Shown here one piece after another: positions 44,728-57,022 of a stretch of 64,000 bases of DNA. Source of the stretch: Williopsis jadinii. Its lineage: Eukaryota. The stretch is taken from NCBI GenBank assembly GCA_024346625.1, contig AP024666.1, forward strand, positions 1,116,001 to 1,180,000, given 5' to 3'. The notes below the pieces were generated by a model. It did no database searches, was not told where the DNA came from, and saw nothing but the letters and a program-made list of their open reading frames with translations. Made by a program: the position numbers and the translations under genes. The first letter of the stretch is position 1. Each line of letters starts with the position of its first letter.

Positions 44728-46409
44728 ACAAACAGCACCACCTTAAGCACACAGAATGACGGCTGCGAATAAACAGTCACAACAAATTCTGTGGTGCTCC
44801 CTCGCGAGAAGCGGGATATGAAAGCTTACTTACTTCGGTTGAACTAGAGCCTCACACCTTGGTCTAGACGTGAAGTTCGAGAGCTGTACGGCTAGCCTTA
44901 TGCTAGTTGACCTAAGTGTAACTTCCTGTTTAATAATATCCAGAGTGGTCTATGTACGGTTGGTGTGGTAACTACTCCAATTCATGGTCATCTGCATTGA
45001 ATGCGGTGTCCAGGACTCTCAACACCTCCCACCTTTGCTAGCGCCATATGCCCATGGCTCAAAGTTGAGGCTTGCATTTACACACAGAATCAAACAATTC
45101 ACCTTTGGACTGTGGCCAATCGTTGTTTACAAGGTGTATCTCTCCATTGGTGAATTCTCGATAGACTTACACCTAGAGTAGAATACTTCAAGGCTATTCT
45201 TGTGTGGAGTTTTCCTATTAGTTCTACACGGCTTGGTTATAAGCTCAGCTACAGGAGAAGCTTTATTGTACCTCGGTACTTTTGAAACAGTGAAAGCCAC
45301 GGTTCACAGAACCGTAGTGCCTGACTATTGCTTGAGTCTATGCAACCAGACCATAGTTGGTGGTATTGTGGGCTATCGGAGATGACGTTACGGTGTCTTG
45401 GATGTGCCTTGGGTCTTGAGACCCTGGAAATGAATAGTGGACAGTATACACTGAGCATTAGATAGTCATGCAAATGAAAAGATGAGTACGAGTGCAATGG
45501 TATATAAAGCGGATCTTCTTTTGAAAATGACTTTGGTCCCACAGCTAAGATCAACACTTCGCACAGGTCGTAATCTTTTCCACACATGCGTATCTTAACA
45601 TACGTCCAATCGACTGGCTGTGAGTCATGGAATATCCGGTGTTGTACCATGCCTGATGTATCAAAATTCAGCTGCGCTGCTGCTTTGAACACGCAGTCTC
45701 TACGCAACCGCTGTTGTCTGCTCTCCTTTTGTAACGGATGCTGACTTGCAATTGGATAAAGTGACGGCTGTAAAAGAAATGAATACGTCTCTTCAAGAGT
45801 TCCCTCAAAGCCATATCAAACATTTGATCAATGCATGCACTATTCAATGACATCAACATTGTGCAAGTTCCAGGTGTAGAAGTTCGCCCCTAACTACATC
45901 TTCCCACGATATGTCCATATAAGTATCACCCACCAAATCTGTCGTTAATCAACTTGTATGTTCGTCTGACAAAGCTAGAGCTACAACAATCAGCAGCTAT
46001 AACCTTTGACCACCAATGACAAAAACTAAATCAGAACGTCAATATCATAATTCAAAGTACATACATATTAGTTTGTGTGGTTGTTCCTATTGAACATGGA
46101 AACCCGCCAGTAGCATCCATATTATTTAGCAGGCACAACTCAAAAGAAACAATAATAGAAAGGAGCGTAAGTGGGTCATCGTCATAAAAGCAGTGGAAAC
46201 CCTTCAACAAAAGCCACCATCGTCCACTAGAACGATAGCACCTCAGACGCATATTCACATTTGTGAACATACGGCAAATCATTAATCTGTAGTGAAGGGG
46301 GTTGTTCGAAAATAAAGAACATCGATAGAACGATCAAAGAACAAGAAAAGAGAAAAGCATGATGAATATGTAGAATAGAGGCTAGTGCCTAAAAGAGACC
46401 GTAGGGATC

Positions 46410-47477
46410 TCAAAACATGTCCTCAGTCAATTGCCAGTCACCAACCGGTCTAATTGGCAAATCTGAGGTAATTGTGGTCACTGCTGAGCCCTTTGGTAAA
46501 AACACATTTGCATTGACATTACAGGAGTTCTGCCCCTGAGTACCAACATTCTGCTTTGAGAAGACATCGCTCAATGTTGAATCCAAAGTAGCAGAACCCA
46601 AATCCATGTTATCGTCAAAAGAATAGACGGGGCTCATTAAAGTGGTATTGGAATCACTAAAATTTATGCTGTCAAGGTCCAATTCTTGTAATGGATCGTG
46701 ATGTGGGTATAGCAGTGAATCCCAAGCAGCTGACACCTTCTTTGGTTGTTTGAATATGTCCAGAGACGATGACGTTGAGCTTAAGGGGGAGTCTGATGAA
46801 GTGGGCGGCGTGGTTGTTGCCGTTGAATTCCCGGTATTACTTGCATTTGTAGTGATACTCAGACGAGATTGTAACGAAGCCGACGACAAGTTATCATGAT
46901 GTTTGTTGGACTTTACCGGTATCTTGTGAACATGGTTATCAGAGTTACGGCGGGCTTTAGCCAGTGAAGAATGTGCTCCTAGAGATTTGGGGGAAGAGGA
47001 GCCTGATAAATCCCGTGAGCTCGTGGTGCCAGAGACATGAGTAATCTGGTCAATGGAGTAATCCTGAGACGACTCGGCAAGGTTATCAAGCTTCTCCTTT
47101 GGCAGCAAATTACAGATAACTTTGTTGATATCAAATTCACCATCCTCATTTAGCAAATCCGGATGTGAACAAAAGTTGTGGAGCTCAGCAGATGATCTTT
47201 TGGAAATCTGTAGCAACTCGTTCAGCGATTGAACCAATATAGACACTCTGGTCTCAAGTAAATCCACATATGAAGCAGGGTACATCTGGTCGGCTTTCTT
47301 CTTCGTCATGTAAGTACAGATCTTCCCGTCCTGTAAACAACGAGAGCATGGTCTCTGACCGTCACATTTAGTCTTGGACTTTCTACAGCAGTCGCATGCT
47401 TTCGACACACGCTTCTTCCCGTGCTGCTGCTGTGATTGCTGCTTATCCGCGGTTTCAGGCATAGTTCTGAGTTTCAT
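46410..47477 (-). CDS. Zn(II)2Cys6 transcription factor, Fcr1-like
   Basis: RVSKACDCCRKSKTKCDGQRPCSRCLQDGKICTY followed by YPASYVDLLE; short protein with a Ser-rich C-terminus. Confidence 0.88.
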   Translation of the reverse strand: MKLRTMPETADKQQSQQQHGKKRVSKACDCCRKSKTKCDGQRPCSRCLQDGKICTYMTKKKADQMYPASYVDLLETRVSILVQSLNELLQISKRSSAELHNFCSHPDLLNEDGEFDINKVICNLLPKEKLDNLAESSQDYSIDQITHVSGTTSSRDLSGSSSPKSLGAHSSLAKARRNSDNHVHKIPVKSNKHHDNLSSASLQSRLSITTNASNTGNSTATTTPPTSSDSPLSSTSSSLDIFKQPKKVSAAWDSLLYPHHDPLQELDLDSINFSDSNTTLMSPVYSFDDNMDLGSATLDSTLSDVFSKQNVGTQGQNSCNVNANVFLPKGSAVTTITSDLPIRPVGDWQLTEDMF

Positions 47478-50400
47478 CTGTTTGTAGTACGTGTGTATAT
47501 CCTAAGCGGTGGGGTGTCTTTGCATAAAACCCCCGTAACAAAAAAGAATTGACACAAACACTATCCACATATTACGGGCCAGAAAAACCAGGTGAGATGG
47601 CATCTAATGGCTATATATATACCTCATGGATTCATGATGATGTATTTCCCAAAACGTACACTTGCATCAAACCTAACGATCAGCCCTGGAAGTAACAAAA
47701 CCGTTCCGTCGAGGTACTTCATGAGAAAAGCGCAACTTGCGGCGCTAACCAAAGAAAGCTTAAACACACCGCAGCTCTTCGTCTGTTTTCTGACTAAAAC
47801 GAAAAATCGGCCAAGCGCTGGAGCGTGTGCCGCGCACAATTAAAAAGGTTTAAAAACTCTAAGCGGGTTTTAGAGTCGGCGTGAGGTGCCCGTGGGAGCG
47901 ACGGGACACGGGAGTGTTTGTCGTAGACCTGAAGCGGTTTTTTCAACGTAAAATGGCGAGCGCTTTACAGAAAACAGGTTTTGCAACCTTCCGAGATGAG
48001 GGAAGAGTTGTGTGGAACATGGAATCCTGGGTGTATCTTTGCAACGTTTCTCCGCTCTTTTGTTGAGTGTAGCAGGAAAGAGCCTGTACGAAAAGGAAGG
48101 GCACAATTTGGTTTATTATGTGTGAAGCTTGATGAACCCTAAGCTCAACTATAATAGCGCACGGTATGTATGTCATAAAAAAAAGTTGTGTCATTAACAG
48201 TCGTTCCTCGTTCAAATGCAAAGGCTCTGTGTAGGTACATGTAGGCGTAAATTCATGGGCTATCACTTAGCAGTATAGATTGAGATTCCAGATTCAATGA
48301 CCGTTCATTCAGTAGAAGCGGTCGAAAGGTTTGAATACGATGGAAATGTTTGATGTTTGGGGCTTGAGCTTCATCAACCGCCATTTGAATATTTGCCATG
48401 AATTTGTCCCACGATTATCGTACATATGACATACTTTTCCACATAATGTAATACATCAAAGCCGAGGGGGTGTGGGGACCTCCAGCAACGTCGGTTCCCA
48501 TATTGGTAGCAACACTTGTATTAACGAATTGGTTGCACGGTTCACCACAGTTGATGTACTTTGTGATTATATTGTCCAGTTAACAAGTTCTCGGTTGTCA
48601 ACACACCATGGCAAATCGTTGATCACCGTATTGGTTTAGTAATGCTTCTGAAGTTGGTGCATATGTAGATATGTACAGTCCAAGATTGGTGCCACGAAAT
48701 TATACATATAAGGTGCCCATTGGTATCATGCCATCTGTATACATCTTACATTGAACGCTGTCTATGTTCCCATTCACTTGGTCTGACAAATGTCTAGATG
48801 TGGGAGTTCTCTATGTATGAAGTAAGATACACCCACATTAACAAAGGCGTGTATTTATTACAGCAGATCATTACAGCGACGATTTGACTATGTACAAGCA
48901 ACTGGAAGCCGTCCACAATTACAAGTGTTGCTTAGTAATATCAAGATTCACTCGGTTGGTGTCCTCTATAAGATGCTATAATCCCTATATCACCATGAGT
49001 ATCTAGCATGAAAAGATGAACAAGCACCGTTAGGATTAGACGTAGCACATGATGCAGAATTGCCACCCCTCCCCCTCCGGCACACAAAGGGCTGCTTTTG
49101 ATGATCAATTCGAGGTAAACGATTATTAATTGGCAACTACACTCGCACTACTTCAAACGAGGGCCAAAAGGAGCGTCAAAAGTTCACTTTATCGTAACAT
49201 TTCTGACAAATTGACTAGCTCTTTGATTGCTTTCTTGACATTTGTCATCGGAAGGCGATGGTCACTGTATACGTCTCCTTACTATTTGATGCAGTTGAAG
49301 GGCCCAAAAGACGGGGACTTCATAATGTTGAACGCAGCAGTTTCCATAGTTAGGGCTGACTGTGTACCAATCACCTCTTTAACAGCTCTGTTTCCAATAC
49401 CATGGGTGTCCATTAACCGTACAGTCACCACGTAGGCCATTCAATTTCCAGAAATCGTACCTTGAAGCAGCAACTAAGAAGTATGTCGATCTTCTCAAGG
49501 TCCAACTACATGGCATGTCTGCTCATGAGACCAGTAGGGCTGGCATACATCGCAGAAAATCGGTCAATGGAATGCAGCCTACACCTTAGCAACATAACTC
49601 AGAAACCAATTCTATTGTCTAAAATAACTCATAAAGGTTGTAACTTTTAAGGAGATCTCTGGGACTTTGGAAGATTGGCATTGACAAGTTGGCATCCTAC
49701 ATGCACATCGTACGTCCAAACCAGCAAAGAGGTCTGCATAATTTCCTCGTAAAACTTATAATTTTGAATTTTACCCACCTTGCGCTATTTTACCGAAGAG
49801 GACGGCCCTTACTCCCACAAGTTTTAAAAACACACAACTTACTGCAATGCTGGGACAAATTACCAATTGGAACGCTCTACTCTTCAAGGGATGGCTGATC
49901 ATCGGAACCAGCTGCTCAGGCTACAAAACCATTCAGCCGTAAGTTTATCAGCCACGCTGAGCCAGAGTTTGCAGCAATATCAGTTGGACAAAGAAGTAAT
50001 GGAATATGTCACAGACTATGGTCTCTTTGGTCCTCAATACACTTATGTGTGCTTCTAATCTGCAACTTTGGTCTTTCAGGGTGTAAAAAGCCAAGTCTTT
50101 AGAATCAATTTGAGACCGTGATACGATGGTTGAGATGTGATTACATGCCACACAAGAGCACTCTCAAGCTGATTCGGCTCCAGTCCAATTTTTCGATCGG
50201 GTCGGGTCGGATACTGTTGAAGAGGAGCGTCGCTGTTCTCTCTTGCCTGGTAGTTACTGGTATCGCTTACTTTTGAATGTTTCTGTGTTGATTGGAGTGT
50301 TAAATTTTTGTTCACTTGTTAATTATGCATGCCTCAAGGGTTGTCTTAGTTATCAAATGCTCTACCTGATTATTATGCGTTAACAGTTGGTCAACAATGT

Positions 50401-52153
50401 CTAGTACACTGAAAGCAATGTGCAAGTTGAAAGTGTTGAACTTGGCGTATTATTTTAAACAGCCAAATACAAAAGGCTAAATCTAAGCCATCTGCCCATG
50501 GCATGAGCAGTACTGGAACTTTAAATTTTGGATCTAGATCTGAAAAGACACCATGGACCCTCTCGGTACCTACGTTACATTGTCATCATGAACAACCTGG
50601 TGGATGAATGGCTTGGGTTTAAAAAACCCCTCGCCCCGCTAATGACTTGGAACATGTGTATATGATTATCTAATCTGATTAATTAAAAGCACAATAGGCT
50701 ATGTTGTATGTGATATGTTGCTCACTGATACATGTCTTGGCTGGGAGAGTCCTAGCTCCAAACTGTAGCAATCTCGAGATCTTGATTCATGGTGCATTTT
50801 TGATCAGCATCTTGGAGCTCGGGATACTATTCACAGTGTTTGTAGATTATATACACGAGGGATGACCACAGTGCACTATATAACTGTTTGACGAATGACG
50901 TTTCAATCCAAGGCATAAAGGTTAAAGACTTCGTGTGGTCCTCTCTCTCTACCCACTTTCTCCATTTGCTTTTGATAACTAGCCGATTAGGTGGGACAGA
51001 CATTTCTGCATCTCTTCCTATGTGTCCTACTGATCTTGATTTTCGATCCCAGTCAATAAAGTAAAAGGCAAATCTACACTGAGTTAAGGCATAGCCAACA
51101 CTCCATGTCTTTCCCAGATATTTAACGCTAGTTCTGATCATGAGCTCCACTGGTGAAGTGTTACGACAGTGTTTGATTCGAGGGTCAGAGTTGGCATCAA
51201 TTACCAAGATGAAATGTTCATTAATTCATCATGTCATGATCGTCGCTTATACCTGACTTCTGGGCCACAGCGAGTACATTGCAATAACGGCCGACTCATC
51301 TCGTTCACGAATTGCCTCCCACAGTTCATACTTTGTAATCTATTGCTTACACTGTCTCTTTGGATAGGCACCTCTGACGAAACAATCATGAGGGCTAGAT
51401 TGCAATTAATTTGGTGAGACCGATCAAAGCTAATTATTATCCTCTGAGATTGATCTAGGTTGTCTTGGCGACACTGACAACATCTTACCAGCTGCAGAAG
51501 ACATCACTTTCTAGAGCCACTGGACTCATTTTGTTATAAGGGGACCGCACAACAACACAACCACTACCGTTGGTGTGTTTTCAATGTTACTTTCTCCCAG
51601 ACGGAACCAATCGTTGTTCTAAAATTGTATATTGAACACCGTTAGGAGATAACAGGCTCTCGGCCACTTCAGCGTCCGGCAAGTGCTGTGATGACCTTCA
51701 CAACTTAAAGCCGAACTAATTCGGCTACAATAGCAACAGTGACAGCGTAATAAGAACTGATACTTTAAGGCTTCCCTTTCACTACACCGCCTATAACCAG
51801 CTGAACGGGCTCCACGTGCATTGATATCTAAGCTGAAAGCTAACGCAACAGCACAACTCATTAGCTGGATCGTATACAGACAATCTCCATAACCTACTGC
51901 CCTCCCCTGCGCATTTGACGCCAACCTCTTAAGTCCGCCCAGCGCTCTCTGCCGTCAGCGCCCGCGCCCTTTAACCGGCGTCCTCTAACCAGCGTCCTCC
52001 ACTCGGCTCGTTGTTCCGCTGTTTGGCCGTTTCGGACTCAACCCCCCCTCCTCCGCCGCCAGCGCATTAGAGGGCACAAACTCTCCAAATACCGTCCGAA
52101 GTGGCCTTTGCTGGCTTCTCCAGCTAAATAACCACGGTCCGCTGTTTGGAAAA

Positions 52154-53464
52154 ATGGCTGGTAAAAGGAAAGCTGAGACTGAGGATGGCTTGTATCTCGA
52201 TACTGTGAACAGAAGGAAGCTTGACTTTGACTTTGAGAAACTGTGCAGTGTTACACTGTCCAATGTCAACGTATACGGATGTCTTGTGTGTGGCGAGTAC
52301 TTCCAAGGGAGAGGGAAGTCATCGCCCGCATACTACCATTCTCTAAACGATGACCACCACCTGTTCATAAACTTCAATAACCTCAATGTTTACGTTCTGC
52401 CTGAGGGACAACAAGTTCAATCGCATCTCTTGGATGATATCAAGTACGCTGTCAACCCAAGTTACACCAAGCCAGAATTGGTTCAGTTAGGCACGCAGCC
52501 CGTAAGAGATATCAGCGGTAACGAGTACCTCCCTGGAATCATTGGTCTCAATAACATCAAGCATAACGAGTACTCTAACGTTGTGCTACAGGCCGTGTGT
52601 CACTGCAGCATTGTGCGGAACTGGTTCTTGTTGCTCGATGATGTTAACAACTACAATGAGCTGGTGAAGAGATTCACAACCTTCATCAAAAAATTATGGT
52701 CTCCAAAACTGTTTAAACACCACATATCACCACATGAGCTGTTGCAGCATATTTCTGTCATATCAGACAAACAGTTTACGATAAACGAACCCAAAAATCC
52801 CAGAGAGTTTATAGTTTGGCTGTTAAATAACCTTCACAAGAGCCTTGCCATTGTTGCCGGTGAGAAAAGGAAAAGCACTGTTATATCTCACTCATTCCAA
52901 GGGAAACTACGGGTCACGACTGATGATGGGAATTCCAGCTCTGTTACAAACACAAAGTTTTGGATTCTGACCTTGGATTTACCCCCGGTATCCATACTCC
53001 AAGACGGGATAGGAGTTCAAGAGATTCCTCAAACACGATTGGAAAAACTACTTGACAAATACACTGGTAAAACCCAAACAGTTACATCATCTGGTACAAA
53101 GACTTATGAGATAATCAAGTACCCACCGCACCTTTTACTGCACATTAACAGATTTCACGATTCTGAATTGGGAATTGATTTGAAATTGAAAGACAGATAC
53201 CAAACTTTAGTGGAATTTCCCTTAGAGATGACCTTAAACGAGGGTAAAGCCAAATACAAACTGCTGTGTAACGTTGTGCACGACGTTGTTACGACTAAGA
53301 ACAGTATGGATGAAGCTAATGAAGAACGCAGCGATTGGAAAGTACAAATGAGGAATTCTGATGATGAATGGTTTGAGGTGAAAGATTTGGAGGTTACTCC
53401 CAAGGAGAAAGAACTATTATTCCTAGGTGAATCATACATTCAAGTTTGGGAGCTCAAGCAATAA
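52154..53464 (+). CDS. SAD1: U4/U6.U5 tri-snRNP factor Sad1 (ZnF-UBP plus inactive USP domain)
   Basis: LDFDFEKLCSVTLSNVNVYGCLVCGEYFQGRG, GLNNIK.NEY (no catalytic Cys) and LFLGESYIQVWE. Confidence 0.95.
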   Translation: MAGKRKAETEDGLYLDTVNRRKLDFDFEKLCSVTLSNVNVYGCLVCGEYFQGRGKSSPAYYHSLNDDHHLFINFNNLNVYVLPEGQQVQSHLLDDIKYAVNPSYTKPELVQLGTQPVRDISGNEYLPGIIGLNNIKHNEYSNVVLQAVCHCSIVRNWFLLLDDVNNYNELVKRFTTFIKKLWSPKLFKHHISPHELLQHISVISDKQFTINEPKNPREFIVWLLNNLHKSLAIVAGEKRKSTVISHSFQGKLRVTTDDGNSSSVTNTKFWILTLDLPPVSILQDGIGVQEIPQTRLEKLLDKYTGKTQTVTSSGTKTYEIIKYPPHLLLHINRFHDSELGIDLKLKDRYQTLVEFPLEMTLNEGKAKYKLLCNVVHDVVTTKNSMDEANEERSDWKVQMRNSDDEWFEVKDLEVTPKEKELLFLGESYIQVWELKQ

Positions 53465-53520
53465 AACGGTGGATCTACAAACTTAAAAAATGTACCACAA
53501 GAGTCATTTCGTAATAACGA

Positions 53521-54453
53521 TTACTTGATAGCAATGGTATCAACTGCACCGGTGAGAACACTTACGACGTTATCCTCTATCAAATCCTCTGCGGTTTGTA
53601 ACAAGTGTTTCTTTGGATCTTGTTTACCAACGAATCTAGTCTTGAGTTGTTCCTCGGAGAGCTCCTTCTCTTCCTCCACTCTTTTAACATATTGTTCTGC
53701 AATCTTCACCATTTGAGCAGCAGAATCTGCGTTATGTTTCTCCTTGTGTGTATAATCTTTTAATGCCAATCCAGATTGCCACTCTTTCTTATGTAAGTTG
53801 AGAAGCATGTTTGTTTCCAATGGTGTCTTTCTGTAATCAATGTTTAGAGAGTAGTAATGACGGTTCAGTCCGTGAATCAATGCTTGAATTGAAGGCTTGT
53901 TCAAGTGACCCACATTGGATGTTGTTTGTCTAGGTTCCATTCCCATCATCAGTGTGCTAGAGTTAATCAGTCTAAAGGCATCGATTACAACTTTACCCTT
54001 CACAGACTGTATTGGATCAATAACCACTGCAACAGCTCTTGGATTCAACTGTTCAAAGGATTGTTGGGTATTGATATCAACACTGGATAGCCAGCATCCA
54101 AACCCAGGGTGTGAATGGTACCAACCAACAACCATCTGGTCTCTGCCCGTCTGTCTCAACATATCCATCATTCTTGTCTGGAAAACATCATCAACAGCCT
54201 CAACAGACACACCGGTACCACTCTGGGGCATGGCAAACACATCAATCACGTGCACTGTGTAATCATCTACGAACTCTCCAAGCATAAGACCCATAACCTC
54301 CATCGGAACACCAGCACGTCCGTGTTTCAACATCTTTAAGAGTGCCAAAGACGAGATGTAAACAGTCTCCTTGTTGTCAATTACAGGGCCGTCCGTTGGG
54401 GGAGCACCGCCTAGCCCACCGCTCTGTCCTAGCAGTCTTTGAAGTCTTTGCAT
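53521..54453 (-). CDS. RPN11: 26S proteasome lid JAMM deubiquitinase
   Basis: Start MQRLQRLL at 54453; [13 protein letters not shown] and the JAMM motif [17 protein letters not shown]. Confidence 0.98.
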   Translation of the reverse strand: MQRLQRLLGQSGGLGGAPPTDGPVIDNKETVYISSLALLKMLKHGRAGVPMEVMGLMLGEFVDDYTVHVIDVFAMPQSGTGVSVEAVDDVFQTRMMDMLRQTGRDQMVVGWYHSHPGFGCWLSSVDINTQQSFEQLNPRAVAVVIDPIQSVKGKVVIDAFRLINSSTLMMGMEPRQTTSNVGHLNKPSIQALIHGLNRHYYSLNIDYRKTPLETNMLLNLHKKEWQSGLALKDYTHKEKHNADSAAQMVKIAEQYVKRVEEEKELSEEQLKTRFVGKQDPKKHLLQTAEDLIEDNVVSVLTGAVDTIAIK

Positions 54454-54595
54454 AGCTGTGCTTTGGTTACTTGTTCTCCTTCTGTTGTTATGGCGCTTCA
54501 ATCGTTCAATCCAAGCAAGCGCTACGTGGACGAAATGTGTGTTGTTGTTCGGTTGGGCCTCTCTGTTCGTGTGTTTGTTGTCTGTGTCCTCGCAA

Positions 54596-54619
54596 AGTGG
54601 CGAACAACGTTGGCGGCGA
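54596..54619 (+). promoter_or_regulatory. Rpn4 (PACE)-like elements upstream of RPN11
   Basis: AGTGGCGAA at 54596 and GGCGGCGA at 54612, about 150 bp upstream of a proteasome gene. Confidence 0.55.
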
Positions 54620-55267
54620 TCTGCCTCGGTGGTGTCCGGATGTATGATTACGTAATACAAGCCCTGACTATGAACTAGGGCCCCTAATTTTCAGTAGTTA
54701 TTGCTGAATTTGATGAAAAGGGGGAGCCATTTCAGGTGAAGACACACATGGAAAAAAGGTATTCTGTATAGTTTCAACAGAAGTTGTCTCCAGACTCAAA
54801 TTGTTAAAGGGGTGAATTTTGCACTACCCATCCACTTACGCACACCTGTTAGTTTCGTACGCTCCCACCAGCAAACTTGAGAACTGCGCCAGTGGATCTT
54901 GCTCCGAGAAGCACAGGAAGAACGAAAGTAAGGAAAAAAACGCATCTTATTCAATCACAGAACAACAAACAAGGTTGAGCAAGACTTTGAATAACCGTCA
55001 GCAACAGAACTGCAATTACTGTTTGAAAGAAGTGACAGTTTCCATCAAATCACTGTCCATTGCATCACTGTCAGTTCGTCTTGGTTGTGTGTTGCGCTGT
55101 TTCCCTTGTGTTTTGATACTGTGTGTCTCTCTATCCCTAAGAGTGTACTCTTTGTGACTTGTTTCCCTTTGTTGTTGGCATCGTCCCCCTTACACCTACG
55201 CCTACCCCCTTCTCCAGAGAAGAGCCAAACAGCCTAATCAATCCACAGCTCGAGCCTTACAGAAGTC

Positions 55268-56266
55268 ATGGTACAGGACTCGGACTTTGACGTGACAGAA
55301 CAGAAACCTGGAACGTTGGTGTTGGCCAAGTTTTCAAACTTCCCGCCATGGCCTGCGATTGTGTTGTCGCCATCTCAGGTGCCATTGAAGCTAAAGAAGA
55401 AGACATTGTCGAGACAGCTCAAGATGAAAAGAGGACGGTTGTTCAAACATGTTCCTGTGAGGTTCTTTGGTGATAACTCGTTTGCAGGGGTTGCCTTCCA
55501 GAACGTTCATAGATTGACGGAAGAGAAGCTCTCTGAGAGAAACCCCGCCAATCCGGAACTGATCGATGCTCTCGAGGAAGCTGCAGCATACAGATATCCT
55601 GAAGACTTCATAAGCATCCTAATCGATGAAGGAAGTATCTCATCGCCAGAGGAGTTTATTGAGCTACCAAATATCCTCACGCTACCTGAAGATCTCGACC
55701 AAGCTGTTTCTGAAAAGAGATCCGCTGAAGGCGACGATGACGATGACAACAATGATGATACACATATCACTAAAACAAAGAAGAAGAAAAATGCACCTGT
55801 TGAGGATATGTCGACTGATAAGTTGAAGCATAAAGTTCACGATTTCAGATATAGGCTACAAAAGGGCCTTATTCAAAGAGATGATACACCAACTGATGAT
55901 GAGTTGAAAGCTTGTTCAGATGTATTGAAAGAACTCGAGACATTTTCACCACATATCACGCTAGAACTCTTGAAATATTCCAAACTACACAAAGTTCTGA
56001 GGGCCATTTTGAAAATCCCATCATTAAAAGAGAGTACGTACAAGTTCCACGAACGTGCTGAAAATCTCCTTATTGAATGGGAAAACATGATACTGAGTAT
56101 TAAGAATGAGAAAAAGGATACTCCTGTTACACCAAACACTTCCGTACTGGATTCTGCTGGTGTTAAACAGGAAGGGGAAGAGAGTAGTGAGGCTAGATCT
56201 CAAGAACCTTCTGAAGTGAAGGATGAACGTGCCCCTGGAAATATAATCGAGAACGGTCAATCTTAA
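55268..56266 (+). CDS. PDP3: PWWP-domain chromatin protein (Pdp3-like)
   Basis: PGTLVLAKFSNFPPWPAIV...VRFFGD; C-terminal helical domain RYRLQKGLIQRD..SKLHKVLRAILK. Confidence 0.8.
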   Translation: MVQDSDFDVTEQKPGTLVLAKFSNFPPWPAIVLSPSQVPLKLKKKTLSRQLKMKRGRLFKHVPVRFFGDNSFAGVAFQNVHRLTEEKLSERNPANPELIDALEEAAAYRYPEDFISILIDEGSISSPEEFIELPNILTLPEDLDQAVSEKRSAEGDDDDDNNDDTHITKTKKKKNAPVEDMSTDKLKHKVHDFRYRLQKGLIQRDDTPTDDELKACSDVLKELETFSPHITLELLKYSKLHKVLRAILKIPSLKESTYKFHERAENLLIEWENMILSIKNEKKDTPVTPNTSVLDSAGVKQEGEESSEARSQEPSEVKDERAPGNIIENGQS

Positions 56267-56548
56267 CCCGGTGGATAGAGAAAAGAAGAAGAATGACATA
56301 TACTACCCTTGAGAGATCTTTTAATTTCATCATGGCTTTTGGTGACCCCATATTTCTTGCTCTGGTAAAACAAGTCTCCAGCAACTAGCTACATAATGTT
56401 TCCCTGGAGGACAACCCGCATTTGTACTGTATTCTACCTCAATTTCTGTTGCACTATGTACTTATAATTGAAAGAAAATGAAAATGAAGACCAGGGGTTC
56501 ATTTAGTTCCTTTTCCGTCTATAGCGAACATCGATCTTTTGTCCAACA

Positions 56549-57022
56549 TCACATCATGATTCCACCGTTAAACATTTGCTGTATCAATGCACCATTTGGA
56601 GATGAGAGCACTTGTTCAGGTAGATGCAATATTCTCTTTTCCAACTCTGTACCATTCAAAAATTGCAGTAGTTCATGCGTGAAATGGTTACAATTGTTGT
56701 GAAACAAGTTATAACTACCGAACTTGAAGCGATTCTGTTTCAAATCATCCAAGTACTCACCCAAGATCTCACCTGGGATGAAAGTCTCACCCAGTTCTAA
56801 TACCTCCATCGGGACTCCAAACCGCGTCTGACCTGCCTGTGATATAGTAGCACCTTCCCTATCAAAATAGTACTCTTTGCCGCCCATTACAACAGATGTG
56901 TGATATATGGCATCCATATCAATTCCAACGATGGCCCTCGAGTATACCCTTGCGAGCCCATGAGATATGTCGTAGACATACACTTGTACTTTGGTTCCCT
57001 GTTCTTCGTTTGTTTCATCCAT
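56549..57022 (-). CDS. PPPDE-family peptidase (DeSI-1-like desumoylase/deubiquitinase)
   Basis: VYVYDIS, AIYHTSVV (catalytic His) and YNLFHNNCNHFT (catalytic Cys). First ATG at 57022. Confidence 0.92.
   Translation of the reverse strand: MDETNEEQGTKVQVYVYDISHGLARVYSRAIVGIDMDAIYHTSVVMGGKEYYFDREGATISQAGQTRFGVPMEVLELGETFIPGEILGEYLDDLKQNRFKFGSYNLFHNNCNHFTHELLQFLNGTELEKRILHLPEQVLSSPNGALIQQMFNGGIMM

Noticed and set aside
47870..51924. Scattered 60-126 aa ORFs in the large gap as transposon or viral relics
   Set aside because: No RT, integrase, gag, transposase or plasmid-polymerase motif recognised, and no LTR or TIR pair seen.
54454..54660. 69-codon N-terminal extension of RPN11
   Set aside because: It starts at a TTG and spans the promoter with the Rpn4-like sites; the conserved N-terminus begins at 54453.
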